Below are positions 29,209 to 39,187 of a stretch of DNA of 64,000 nucleotides, one piece after another. Numbering within the stretch: position 1 is the stretch's first letter; each line of letters opens with the position of its first letter. Under the pieces are notes generated by a model that was not told the origin of the DNA, did no database searches, and saw only the letters and a program-made list of their open reading frames with translations. Source of the DNA: an uncultured cyanobacterium (GTDB taxonomy: Bacteria; Cyanobacteriota; Cyanobacteriia; PCC-9006; JAAUQQ01); NCBI GenBank assembly GCA_963718615.1, contig OY970368.1:3264001-3328000 (forward strand). The letters are read 5' to 3'. The position numbers and the translations under genes were made by a program.

Positions 29209-30438
29209 ATGAAAATTTTATTTCTAACCACTGTCTTGCCCAGCCGCAAGCTTCACGGTAGCGAAATTGCTTCCCAAAATATTATTGATGCCTTGGGCCA
29301 AGCCGGTTGTGACGTCGAAGTCTTGGGCTATGGTCGCCAGGAAGATGGTGAGCTCGAAATCGCGCCCGGAGAAGTGCTGGTGGCGGAACGTGCCGTAGAA
29401 ACCAAGCAGGTGAAATACAAAGCGGCATTGTGGTTTGCCCAGAGCTTGATGTGGCGATTGCCCTATTCTGCGGCCAAGTATTACACCACCGACTATGTGG
29501 AGCAGGTGCGATCGCGTCTCTCCCCCCAGGGTTTTGATGCCATCGTCATCGACCATTCCCAATTGGGCTGGCTGCTGCCGCTGATTCGCTCCACCGCGAA
29601 GCGCCTTGCCATCCAGCCTCCCCCGCTCATTTTTAGCGCCCATAACATCGAGCACGAGATCTACCGCCAACACCAGCACAGCGCGAGTAATCCCTTGAGC
29701 CGCTGGGTCTATGGCCGAGAAGCCCGGACTATTCAGCAGCTGGAGGACCAATTGGCCCAGGGCGTCAACCAGGTTTGGACGCTCACCGACCACGATGCCC
29801 AATATTTTTCCCAGGTGGCTCCTCGGACGCAGGCCTACGCCCTGAGCCTGCCGTCTGGGCTAGACCGATCAACGCTGAACTCAACCCCAGACCCCTTAGA
29901 TCCCTTGCCCAAACGGCCCGAGCCCCAGTTTGATATCGGCCTCATCGGCAGTTGGCCCTGGAAACCCAATGAAGAGGGCCTGCGCTGGTTTCTCGATGAA
30001 GTTTATCCCCATTTGCCCCAAAGCCTGTCGATTCAAGTGGCAGGACGCGGTGCCGATTGGCTGCATCATCGCTACCCCAACGTCACCTATCGCGGCTTTG
30101 TCCCCAGTGCCCAGGATTTCATGGCCTCGGCGAAAGTCGTTGCAATTCCCACCCTGAGCGGCGGTGGGATTCAAATTAAGACCCTGGATGCGATCGCTAC
30201 AGGTTCCCTAATAGTCGGCACCGGCATCGCCCTGCGCGGCATCCCCAACCCGCCGGATACGGTTCGCTTAGCCGACGATCCTGAGGATTTTGCCAAAGCG
30301 CTGCAAGAGGCTGTCCATCAGCCCAGTTTGCCCGCAGCCTGGAAGGCCAGTGCTCGCACTTGGGATCGCGATCGCCAACAGCAATTTCTACGGGACGTCC
30401 AAAACGCCCTATCGCAGCTATCTGCCCCAACTTGTTAA
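29209..30438 (+). CDS. GT4 glycosyltransferase
   Basis: HNIEH, WKPNEEGLRWF, GGGIQIKTLDAIA. Confidence 0.88.
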   Translation: MKILFLTTVLPSRKLHGSEIASQNIIDALGQAGCDVEVLGYGRQEDGELEIAPGEVLVAERAVETKQVKYKAALWFAQSLMWRLPYSAAKYYTTDYVEQVRSRLSPQGFDAIVIDHSQLGWLLPLIRSTAKRLAIQPPPLIFSAHNIEHEIYRQHQHSASNPLSRWVYGREARTIQQLEDQLAQGVNQVWTLTDHDAQYFSQVAPRTQAYALSLPSGLDRSTLNSTPDPLDPLPKRPEPQFDIGLIGSWPWKPNEEGLRWFLDEVYPHLPQSLSIQVAGRGADWLHHRYPNVTYRGFVPSAQDFMASAKVVAIPTLSGGGIQIKTLDAIATGSLIVGTGIALRGIPNPPDTVRLADDPEDFAKALQEAVHQPSLPAAWKASARTWDRDRQQQFLRDVQNALSQLSAPTC

Positions 30439-30551
30439 TAATTTCATAAAGAGACGGTAAAATCAGCCAGAATGGCCTTGATTCACAACCGTGATATCCC
30501 GTAGAAATAAGGCTGGCTTTGTTAAGGCTTAGAAGAAGAGGGAATTCTCTG

Positions 30552-31610
30552 ATGAAGGTTTTAGTAACAGGTTCCAGTGGATTGATCGGCTCTGAAGCGG
30601 TGACCTATTACGACCAAGAGGGTCATGAGGTTATTGGTGTCGATAACAACATGCGGGCCGAGTTCTTTGGCAGCAATGGCGATACCCTGTGGAATCTGCA
30701 ACGCCTTAAGGACAGCACGCAGCAATTTAAGTCCTATAGCATTGACATTCGCGATCGCGACGGCCTCTCTGAGCTCTTCCAAAATCACAAGTTTGACCTG
30801 ATCATTCACTGTGCCGCCCAGCCTTCCCACGACAAAGCCTGCCAGATTCCGCTCCAAGATTTTGAGGTCAATGCCCTCGGCACAATCAATTTGCTAGAGA
30901 CCACAAGGCAGTTTTGCCCAGAAGCTGTGTTCATCCACATGAGCACCAACAAGGTCTACGGCGACGGCCCCAACCATTTGCCTTTAGTGGAGCAAGACAC
31001 CCGCTACGAATACGCTCGCCCCGAAGACTTTAATGGCATTGCAGAAACCTTTTCCATTGACCAATGTCTCCATTCCCTCTTTGGTGCCTCAAAAACCGCA
31101 GCGGATGTGGTGGCGCAGGAATATGGTCGCTATTTCAATATGAATGTGGGGGTGTTTCGGGGGGGCTGTTTGACCGGGCCGTCCCACTCGGGTGTGGAGC
31201 TCCACGGGTTTCTCTCGTACCTGGTGAAGGTGGCCTTGAGCGGTGGCACCTACAAGGTGTTTGGCTACAAGGGCAAGCAGGTGCGGGATAATATCCACAG
31301 CTACGATGTCATCCAAGCCTTTGAAGCCTTTCGCCGCAATCCCCAGCCCGGTGGCGTCTATAACCTCGGTGGCGGACGGGACAACAGCGTTTCGATTTTG
31401 GAAGCCTTTGCCCTCATCGAAGAAATTAGCGGCAAAACAGTGAACTGGGTGTATGTCGATCAAAATCGGATCGGCGACCACATTTGCTACATTTCCGATT
31501 TGACGCGGTTAAAGACAGATTTCCCGGACTGGGGAATCACGCGCAGCCTGCGCACGATTTTTGAGGAAATGATCGAAGCTGAAGCCGCTCGCCTTAGCGT
31601 TGCCGTTTAA
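30552..31610 (+). CDS. NAD-dependent sugar epimerase (CDP-paratose 2-epimerase-like)
   Basis: [45 protein letters not shown]. Confidence 0.9.
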   Translation: MKVLVTGSSGLIGSEAVTYYDQEGHEVIGVDNNMRAEFFGSNGDTLWNLQRLKDSTQQFKSYSIDIRDRDGLSELFQNHKFDLIIHCAAQPSHDKACQIPLQDFEVNALGTINLLETTRQFCPEAVFIHMSTNKVYGDGPNHLPLVEQDTRYEYARPEDFNGIAETFSIDQCLHSLFGASKTAADVVAQEYGRYFNMNVGVFRGGCLTGPSHSGVELHGFLSYLVKVALSGGTYKVFGYKGKQVRDNIHSYDVIQAFEAFRRNPQPGGVYNLGGGRDNSVSILEAFALIEEISGKTVNWVYVDQNRIGDHICYISDLTRLKTDFPDWGITRSLRTIFEEMIEAEAARLSVAV

Positions 31611-31633
31611 TCCGATTTCTTTTTTCAGTGCCC

Positions 31634-32932
31634 ATGACTTCATCCCCTGCTCGACGGATTCTGCTGTTTGAACTGGATACCCGAGGCCATCATCCCGGCT
31701 ATCTCCAGCATTTGGTGAAGTATTGGAACGAAAAAAATCTGACTGGGCAACTCGATATTTTGGTGAGCCAAGCCTTTTTGCAACAGCATGCCAATATTGT
31801 GGTGCTGGCCGAGCAGGCTCCCCAGGGCAATGTTCGATTTGTCGGCCTGCGGGATGAGGAAGAAGCCCTGCTGTTTGATAGCGCCGCGCTAGAGGGCTCG
31901 TTCAAGGGCCGGATTGTGCGGGCGTTTCAGGAATGGAAGTTGCTGCGTCGATACGCCAAGGCGTTACAAGCCGATGTGGCCTTTTTGATGTACCTGGACA
32001 CCTTGCTGTTGCGGTTTGCCTTCGGCGGATCGTTACCTTGCCCCCTCTCGGCGATTTATTTTCGGCCCCTGCTGCACTATCCCAGCTTTCCCCAGTACCA
32101 GCCCCAGGGCAGAGAGGCCCTCTGGCAATGGCGCGATCGCCGCTGCCTTCCCCCCCTCCTACGCCATCCCCAACTCCAGACCCTCTTTTGCCTCGATCCC
32201 TTCGCGGCGGACTATATCAACACCACCTACAACAGCACCAAAGCCCTGCCCCTCCCTGATCCGGTCCAAATTTATCCCAGCAATTTGGCTCGAGTAGCGG
32301 AGCTAACGACCCAGCTTCAGGTGCCGGGCGATCGCCAAGTCTTTCTCCTGTTTGGCGTTTTGACTGAACGCAAGGGGGTCAATCAGGTGCTGGAGGCGAT
32401 CGCCCAACTCCCCCCCACCCAAGCTCAAAAACTCTGTCTTCTCTTGGTGGGTCCAGCCCAGCCCGAAGACCGAGCCAACCTCGAAGCCCGCATCGCGGAG
32501 CTCCAGCAAACCAGCCCAGCCCAGATTCGGCTCGCGGTCACGTTTGTTCGCGATGAAGATATTCAGAACTACTTCGAACTGGCGGACGTCATTTTGGCTC
32601 CTTATCAACGCCACGTCGGCATGAGCGCCATCCTGGTTCGGGCGGCAGCGGCGCAAAAGCCGGTGTTGAGTTCGGATTTTGGCCTCATGGGTCAAATGGT
32701 GCAGCGCCATCAGTTGGGTTTGGCCGTGGATTCGACCCAAGCCGAGGCGATCGCCTCGGCCCTGCTCCAATTCCTGCAATCCACCACCACCGGCGTTCAT
32801 CCCTGCGGCATCGGCAATCCAGACGCTATGGCCGCCTTCGCCGAGCAAAATACTGCCAGCAAATTTGCCCAAGCAATTTTTTCGGATCTAGAGATTGAGG
32901 CCCCGTCTCTAACGCTAGTCAAGGCGGGATGA
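31634..32932 (+). CDS. GT4 glycosyltransferase
   Basis: GHHPGY, FGVLTERKG, ADVILAPY, AAAQKPVL. Confidence 0.88.
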   Translation: MTSSPARRILLFELDTRGHHPGYLQHLVKYWNEKNLTGQLDILVSQAFLQQHANIVVLAEQAPQGNVRFVGLRDEEEALLFDSAALEGSFKGRIVRAFQEWKLLRRYAKALQADVAFLMYLDTLLLRFAFGGSLPCPLSAIYFRPLLHYPSFPQYQPQGREALWQWRDRRCLPPLLRHPQLQTLFCLDPFAADYINTTYNSTKALPLPDPVQIYPSNLARVAELTTQLQVPGDRQVFLLFGVLTERKGVNQVLEAIAQLPPTQAQKLCLLLVGPAQPEDRANLEARIAELQQTSPAQIRLAVTFVRDEDIQNYFELADVILAPYQRHVGMSAILVRAAAAQKPVLSSDFGLMGQMVQRHQLGLAVDSTQAEAIASALLQFLQSTTTGVHPCGIGNPDAMAAFAEQNTASKFAQAIFSDLEIEAPSLTLVKAG

Positions 32933-33029
32933 GCGTCTGTTTGCCAATATTTCTTTTATCAATCTCTCTTTCACTAATATCTCTTTTACCAATCTCTCTT
33001 TTATCCTTTCCCTCCCTTCCCTCAGGACC

Positions 33030-33836
33030 ATGCCCTCTTCCCCAAGCCCCGTCTCTTCAACTCAATCCGTTCCCTTTGAAGCAATTGAAATTCTTGGCAC
33101 GCGATTTCATAAGCTGCGGGTCCAGGATTTGATTCGGTTTATCGTCGCAGCGGGTCAGGGCGATCGCAAAACCCTCGTGGCCAATGTCAATGTCCATGCC
33201 ATGAACTTTGCCCAAAGATTGTCCTGGTATCGCGAATTTATCAACCAAGCCGATTTGGTTTTTTGCGATGGCTTTGGCGTGTTGCTCGGGGCGAAGCTCT
33301 GTGGCTGTCAACTAGAATCCTGCCACCGCATGACCTGCCCGGACTATATTGAAGCCCTTGCCAAAGCCTGCGAACAGGGTGGTGTTTCTCTATATTTGCT
33401 GGCCGGGAAGCCAGGGGTGACCGATCAGGCTATTGCCAAACTACAGGCGATCGCCCCCAATCTCCGCATCGCTGGACACCATGGTTTTTTTGCTAAAACC
33501 GGTTCAGAAAATGATCAAATAATCGAGCAAATCAACCAATTTAATCCGGATGTGCTCTATGTCGGGTTTGGCATGCCGCTCCAGGAGCAGTGGATTGCAA
33601 ACAATTTCTCGCGGATTAATACAAGGGTTTTTCTACCCTTGGGGGCTTGCCTCGATTTTTATACGGGCACGGTCTATCGCGGACCCCAATGGATGACTGA
33701 TCGCGGTCTAGAATGGCTCAGTCGGTTGTTTACGGAACCCCAGCGGTTGTGGGATCGCTATTTGGTCGGGAATACCGTTTTTTTGAGTCGAGTCGTTTGG
33801 CAGAACGTTGCTCAAAAACTGGGTCGTTCTCGCTAA
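33030..33836 (+). CDS. WecB/TagA/CpsF family glycosyltransferase (GT26)
   Basis: NVH, CDGFG, VGFGMPLQEQW, GLEWLSRLFTEPQRLWDRY. Confidence 0.92.
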   Translation: MPSSPSPVSSTQSVPFEAIEILGTRFHKLRVQDLIRFIVAAGQGDRKTLVANVNVHAMNFAQRLSWYREFINQADLVFCDGFGVLLGAKLCGCQLESCHRMTCPDYIEALAKACEQGGVSLYLLAGKPGVTDQAIAKLQAIAPNLRIAGHHGFFAKTGSENDQIIEQINQFNPDVLYVGFGMPLQEQWIANNFSRINTRVFLPLGACLDFYTGTVYRGPQWMTDRGLEWLSRLFTEPQRLWDRYLVGNTVFLSRVVWQNVAQKLGRSR

Positions 33837-33881
33837 AATTTCCTTAAAATTTTCCCAAAACTTCCATCACCAGAGGATGGC

Positions 33882-35099
33882 ATGGGTCACTGGAATCGTC
33901 GGCAATTTCTTCGACAAGTGGGGGCGATCGCAACGGGGGCGATCGCCCTACCCCTGTTTAGCCATCGCTGTTTGGCCCAATATCAAAAAACGTTCCCACG
34001 ACCCCAAACGCAGCAAGACTTAGACCGAATCCAGCAGTGGCTTGCCGCCCAGGATCGACGCTTTACAGTACAGGGTTCAGAAAGCCTACGCCAGCGCGCG
34101 GAACGTCGGGGTCTGCTTTACGGTGCGGCGCTGGGGAGCGTGGGTTTGCAGGATGCTGCATTTGCCCAGGCGTTTCAGCGGGAATGCGGCATCCTGGTTC
34201 CGGAAAATGAGCTGAAATGGCAAAGCCTCTGTCCCGCACCGGATCGCTATGAATTTGGTCCGGCGGATCGCCTTTTGGCCTTTGCCCAGCGCCACAAGCT
34301 ATTGATGCGCGGTCATACCCTGGTGTGGAATCAGGCCATTCCCGATTGGTTTAAAGAGCGGGTCGATCGCAGCAATGCCGAACAGGTTTTAATCAAACAT
34401 ATTCACACCGTTGCCGGTCGCTACCGAGGCAAATTTCATTCCTGGGATGTCGTCAACGAAGCGGTCAATGGTCAACCGCAGCAGGCTAACGGTTTGCAAT
34501 GGTCACCTTGGCTAGACCTACTGGGTCCCGACTATATTGCGTTGGCCTTCTGGACCGCTGCCGAAGCTGACCCCAGCGCCCTGCGGGTCTACAACGACGC
34601 CCGACTGGAGTACGACAATGCCGAAGGCCAACGCTGTCGCCCAGCGGTTTTGCGGCTGTTGGAATCGCTGCGGGCGCGCCAGGTGCCAGTCCAAGCCCTG
34701 GGCATCCAGGCCCATTTGAATGCGGCAGACCCTCGGTTCAACCCTAAGGTTTTTCGACAGTTTCTGCGGGATGTAGCTGACCTAGGGCTCAAGATTTTGA
34801 TTACCGAACTGGATGTGAGCGATCGCCATCTCCCCGCCAATTTCACCCAGCGCGATCGCATCGTCGCCGCGACTTACCAAGACTTTCTCGATGTGGTACT
34901 CGATGAACCCGCCGTGATTGCCATTTTGACCTGGGGACTGAGCGATCGCTACACCTGGCTGAGCAACTATGCCCCCCGAGACGACCAAAAGCCGGTCCGA
35001 GGATTACCCCTAGACCGGCACTTACAGCGAAAACTGGCTTGGCGGGCGATCGCCCAAAGTTTCGACCAGGCCAAAACCCAAATTTCCGCTGAAATTTAG
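33882..35099 (+). CDS. GH10 endo-1,4-beta-xylanase-like glycanase with Tat signal
   Basis: NRRQFL twin-arginine motif, PENELKW, RGHTLVW, WDVVNE, GIQAH, ITELDV. Confidence 0.92.
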   Translation: MGHWNRRQFLRQVGAIATGAIALPLFSHRCLAQYQKTFPRPQTQQDLDRIQQWLAAQDRRFTVQGSESLRQRAERRGLLYGAALGSVGLQDAAFAQAFQRECGILVPENELKWQSLCPAPDRYEFGPADRLLAFAQRHKLLMRGHTLVWNQAIPDWFKERVDRSNAEQVLIKHIHTVAGRYRGKFHSWDVVNEAVNGQPQQANGLQWSPWLDLLGPDYIALAFWTAAEADPSALRVYNDARLEYDNAEGQRCRPAVLRLLESLRARQVPVQALGIQAHLNAADPRFNPKVFRQFLRDVADLGLKILITELDVSDRHLPANFTQRDRIVAATYQDFLDVVLDEPAVIAILTWGLSDRYTWLSNYAPRDDQKPVRGLPLDRHLQRKLAWRAIAQSFDQAKTQISAEI

Positions 35100-35117
35100 C
35101 GGAAATTTAGCAGAAAT

Positions 35118-36641
35118 TTAATAGGCTCCAGACTTTTGTAACACCACGCCTACGGTGCGCAGCAAAATTTTCAGATCCAGCCACAGCGACCAATATTTCA
35201 TGTAGGCCAAATCCAGATTGACCACATCTTCGAAGTTATCAATATCAGAGCGCCCAGACACCTGCCAAAGTCCCGTAATTCCCGGCAAGACTTCGTGGCG
35301 AATAAAATGCAGATCCGAGAACTTTTCCACATCTCGTAGGGGGAGCGGGCGGGGTCCCACAAAACTCATTTCCCCTAACAAAACATTAATAACTTGAGGC
35401 AATTCATCGAGACTATAGCGTCGCAAAAGATGACCTGCTTTCGTAATTCGGGGATCATTTTTAATTTTGAATAGGACGCCGTCCTTGGTTTCATTCTGTG
35501 CTTCTAGCTCCTTCTGAAGCTGATCCGCATTGGTCACCATCGTGCGGAATTTCCACACATAGAACGGTCGGTTATTCAGCCCAATCCGAAGTTGACGATA
35601 GAAAATCGGCCCCGACGAGTCTAGGCGGATCCAGAGGGCGATCGCACCATAAACCGGCGACATCAAGAGCAAAAAGAAAAAAGCAGCTAACCCATCCATT
35701 GTGCGTTTGATGCCAAATTCAAAACCCGACAGCGCTGGCGGAAACAGGGTTTGCACAATCACCGAAGGCGAGGGATCTTCAATCACCCAGCGAGAAATTA
35801 AAGGCCGTTGGGGATCGGCTTCCCGTTCCGCATCAATGTCTTCCTCCAGTTCCGGAGCAAGGCACTGACAGCAATGAACCCGAATCCCAGTATTGCGCAA
35901 TGACCAGTAGGTTGACAGTAGTTGGCGATCGCTCTCCGCTGCCTCAATAAAGACCTGGGAAACCCGCAACTGACTGAGGCGCGCCAAGAGCTCCGGCAAG
36001 CAGGGATCATCTAAACGATCCAGCCTGTAGGAGCGCACAACCTTGTAATGGGAGGACTGGGCGATAAACGCTTTGAGCTGCTTAGCATGGCCCGGTTGGG
36101 AAAAAACCACAACGCGATGGCAGGCAATCTGACGCTGACGTAAACCGTGGGTTATTCGGTCAAACCCCAAACGTCCTACCAGCAACGCCGTCGCACTGGC
36201 TACAAACCCATAGGCCGGTTGCACCTCGCTCACGAGCCCATTGGCCGCACCCTGTTCTAGCAATAAACCAATCAGCAGCCAGCTCACCCCTTGGGACTGA
36301 AGCAATGCCCCATAATCTCGCCGAGCCGGTCCGGCCCCATACAGTCCTCGCAACCACAGCGGAGCAATATTAAGACTTAAACAAAGAAAAATAACAACGG
36401 GAGATAAAACACCTAAGCATCCGGTCAACAGCCAAGCGATTCCTAAACAAGCGGAATCAATCAAAAACAAACTGCACTGTCGCAGAACCGAAAACTTGAA
36501 GCCTTGACCGACTGCAAGCTGAGTTGCAGCACGCAGATCACGCGTATTCCAACGGGTAGAAGAAGTTGTGGTAGAAGAAATCCGGATTGACTGCTTTTGA
36601 GGATTCTCCAGCAGTGGGCCGACCTGAAATTGGGGGAACAT
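35118..36641 (-). CDS. Priming sugar transferase (WcaJ/WbaP-like)
   Basis: KRTMD, KFRTM, DPRIT, SLDELPQ, SFVGPRP, PGITGLWQVSGR; start uncertain. Confidence 0.92.
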   Translation of the reverse strand: MFPQFQVGPLLENPQKQSIRISSTTTSSTRWNTRDLRAATQLAVGQGFKFSVLRQCSLFLIDSACLGIAWLLTGCLGVLSPVVIFLCLSLNIAPLWLRGLYGAGPARRDYGALLQSQGVSWLLIGLLLEQGAANGLVSEVQPAYGFVASATALLVGRLGFDRITHGLRQRQIACHRVVVFSQPGHAKQLKAFIAQSSHYKVVRSYRLDRLDDPCLPELLARLSQLRVSQVFIEAAESDRQLLSTYWSLRNTGIRVHCCQCLAPELEEDIDAEREADPQRPLISRWVIEDPSPSVIVQTLFPPALSGFEFGIKRTMDGLAAFFFLLLMSPVYGAIALWIRLDSSGPIFYRQLRIGLNNRPFYVWKFRTMVTNADQLQKELEAQNETKDGVLFKIKNDPRITKAGHLLRRYSLDELPQVINVLLGEMSFVGPRPLPLRDVEKFSDLHFIRHEVLPGITGLWQVSGRSDIDNFEDVVNLDLAYMKYWSLWLDLKILLRTVGVVLQKSGAY

Positions 36642-37253
36642 TGCGTCAACTTTCCTATGCCTGAACAGGGATGACGTAGCTAATTCCCGGAAGAAGAGTG
36701 CACTCAATTGCTCAAGCCTAAAAGCTCAAGCGTGAAAGCAAGGGCAACAAGTAGATAGATAAATCTAGAGCACCTGCACAGTTGCCCAGACTATAGAGTC
36801 CCTGAGTCAAAAATCCCTGAGTTGATTCACCTTAACCGGTACACCCTAGACCCTAACTCGCTACGTAATACGTGAGGACAAGGCAAAATCTATTAGCTAG
36901 GCCGAGGTTGGGAGTTGCGCTATGCCAAAGCCTAGAGCTGTGTTGTCTCAGCGTTGGCTCGAGCATAGGAGAACCCTAAACGAAGGCAAGCTAAGTACGG
37001 ATCTCGCCGCCTCAGTTAGCCGTTAACTGAATACTATCTTGAAACCAGAGTGACACCTCGAAGCCCCACGCAGGCTTCATCAAAGCTTCATGAAACCAGG
37101 AAAAACTCTCCGGGGGGAAAATTCATAGTTTTGTCTTTTTAGAGCAAAACCACGCAGCCTTTATGTATCTTTTGTAAGTTTTACAAAAACCTAAGATTAG
37201 TCTCTGTGAAGAGAAAGAGTTAAATTTGCTACCATTATGGTCGCCTTATGACA

Positions 37254-38090
37254 TCAGTGCCGTCGTCGGAGTAAGCCGTGTTGCGGACTAAAGATGAGTG
37301 CCAAACTAAAAAATGCCGCAGTGACGAGGGCGATCGCCGGACCCGAGGGCAAATTAAACCAGGCGCTCAAGTACATGCCGGTTAAACTCGACGCGATCCC
37401 CACGGCAGCCCCCACTAACATCACCTGATGCAGCCGAGTGACTAGCAAATAGGCCGTGGCACCGGGAGTAATCAACAGCGCTAACACGAGGACCACGCCC
37501 ACGGCTTTGAGGCTAGCCACCACCGTCAGCGCGATCAACGACATTAACCCAAAGCCCAAGGCATCCACCGGCAAGCCAGCGACCTTGGCCCCTTCAGGAT
37601 CAAAGGTGTAAAACAAGAGTTCCTTATACAACAGCCAAATGACTGAAATCACAATTAAGGCAATGATCGAGGTATCGCGGACATCAGCGGCGGTAACACC
37701 GAGAATATTGCCGAAGAGAAAGTGATTCAGATCAATTTTGTTGTTTTTTTGAATGAGCGTGATCAGCGTCACACCCAAAGCGAAAAAAGTAGATAGAACA
37801 ATGCCCATGGCGGCATCTTCTTTGATGGGCGATCGCGTCCGAATCCAGTTGATCAACACAGTGCCCAACATGCCGCTGACAAAGGCCCCGAAAAATAGAT
37901 TGAGATCCCACCAGTAGGCCAAGGCCAGCCCCGGCAAAACCGAGTGGCTAATGGCATCGCCCAACAACGCCAGCCGCTGTACCAACAGATAGCTGCCGAC
38001 CACCGAGCAAATCAGGCCAACCAAGATGGCGACGACTAACGCCCGCTGCATGAAGCCATATTGCAGCGGCTCCCATAATAAATCCAGCAT
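37254..38090 (-). CDS. mntB: Mn/Zn ABC transporter permease
   Basis: GDAISHSVLPG, EDAAMG, HFLFGNIL, TFDPE. Confidence 0.88.
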   Translation of the reverse strand: MLDLLWEPLQYGFMQRALVVAILVGLICSVVGSYLLVQRLALLGDAISHSVLPGLALAYWWDLNLFFGAFVSGMLGTVLINWIRTRSPIKEDAAMGIVLSTFFALGVTLITLIQKNNKIDLNHFLFGNILGVTAADVRDTSIIALIVISVIWLLYKELLFYTFDPEGAKVAGLPVDALGFGLMSLIALTVVASLKAVGVVLVLALLITPGATAYLLVTRLHQVMLVGAAVGIASSLTGMYLSAWFNLPSGPAIALVTAAFFSLALIFSPQHGLLRRRH

Positions 38091-38092
38091 GC

Positions 38093-38869
38093 CTAGGCCG
38101 CACCCCGCAGAAAATTGACATAGCCGCCATAGGCCTGCTCCATGGGCGCATCTCTCAGCACCCGCTGACGGGGACCACTGGCAATCAGATGGCGATTGAG
38201 CAAAATCAGGTCATCAAAGTTTTGAATGGCCGCGCCCAGGTCATGGTGGACCACGACCACGATTTTGCCGGACTGGGCCAACTCCTGCAAAATGTCAAAC
38301 AGAATCGCCTCGGTTTTCTGATCGACCCCCGTAAAGGGCTCATCCAAAAACAATAGATCAGCATTCTGGGTCAACGCCCGTGCCAAAAAGACCCGCTGCT
38401 GCTGGCCCCCGGAAAGCTGGCCAATGGGTCGTCGGGCCAACTCCAACATTTCCACCCGTGCCAACGCCGCCTGGGCACTGGCCCGACTCGCTGCTGAAAA
38501 CCTCCGTAGCCATCCGGTCTGGGCCACTCGCCCCATCATCACCACATCCCACGCCGTTGCCGGATAGGTCCAATCGATCTGCGCCCGTTGGGGCAGGTAG
38601 GCAAGGCGATCGCGTTGCTCCAACAGCGCTTTCCCCGCCCAAACCGCCGATCCTTGGCTGGGCACCAATCCCAACAGGGCTTTCATCAATGTACTTTTGC
38701 CTGCCCCATTGGGACCAATGACACCAGTTAACCGTCCGGGGGCGATCGCCACAGTAATATCCTCCAGGGCCCGGACCTCTCGATAGGCCACCGTGAGATG
38801 GTTGACCTGAAGGAGGCGATCGCGAGCGCTAGGTAATCCCTGAAGTAAGGCCGAGGAAGGAGCTGCCAT
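38093..38869 (-). CDS. mntA: Mn/Zn ABC transporter ATP-binding protein
   Basis: GPNGAGKS, YLPQR, LSGGQQQR, LDEPFTGVD, VHHDL. Confidence 0.88.
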   Translation of the reverse strand: MAAPSSALLQGLPSARDRLLQVNHLTVAYREVRALEDITVAIAPGRLTGVIGPNGAGKSTLMKALLGLVPSQGSAVWAGKALLEQRDRLAYLPQRAQIDWTYPATAWDVVMMGRVAQTGWLRRFSAASRASAQAALARVEMLELARRPIGQLSGGQQQRVFLARALTQNADLLFLDEPFTGVDQKTEAILFDILQELAQSGKIVVVVHHDLGAAIQNFDDLILLNRHLIASGPRQRVLRDAPMEQAYGGYVNFLRGAA

Positions 38870-38881
38870 AGATGCCGACAA

Positions 38882-38935
38882 AATGAAAAGATTATGAAAT
38901 CAGTATAGCGGACCAAAATGAAAGAATTATGAAAG
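38882..38935. promoter_or_regulatory. Two ManR-like direct-repeat boxes around a -10 element
   Basis: AATGAAAAGATTATGAAAT (38882-38900) and AATGAAAGAATTATGAAAG (38917-38935) flank a minus-strand TATACT (38902-38907). Confidence 0.7.
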
Positions 38936-39187
38936 ATAAAAGAGATTAAGGTCTTGTATTTTCCGGAAGGTCCCTAGGCTTTGTCTGAAGGAAAAATCAG
39001 AGGTGCATTGCTTTCGAGAACTGGGAACGCTAACCCTAAGGCCAGCCCTAAGGCCCTATGAATGTTTTCAAGCATGTTTTCAAGACTGCTTTCGAGACTG
39101 CTTTTGAGTCAAGCCGCCTCAAGGTTAACCCCCTGGGTTGCATCCCATTGCCTATCCCATTGCCCATCATTTTGATTGAAAGACAGC

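Noticed and set aside
32929-33132. 67-aa ORF with ISLL-type repeats
   Set aside because: It is a translation of the 15-bp tandem repeat and overlaps the GT26 gene; probably spurious.
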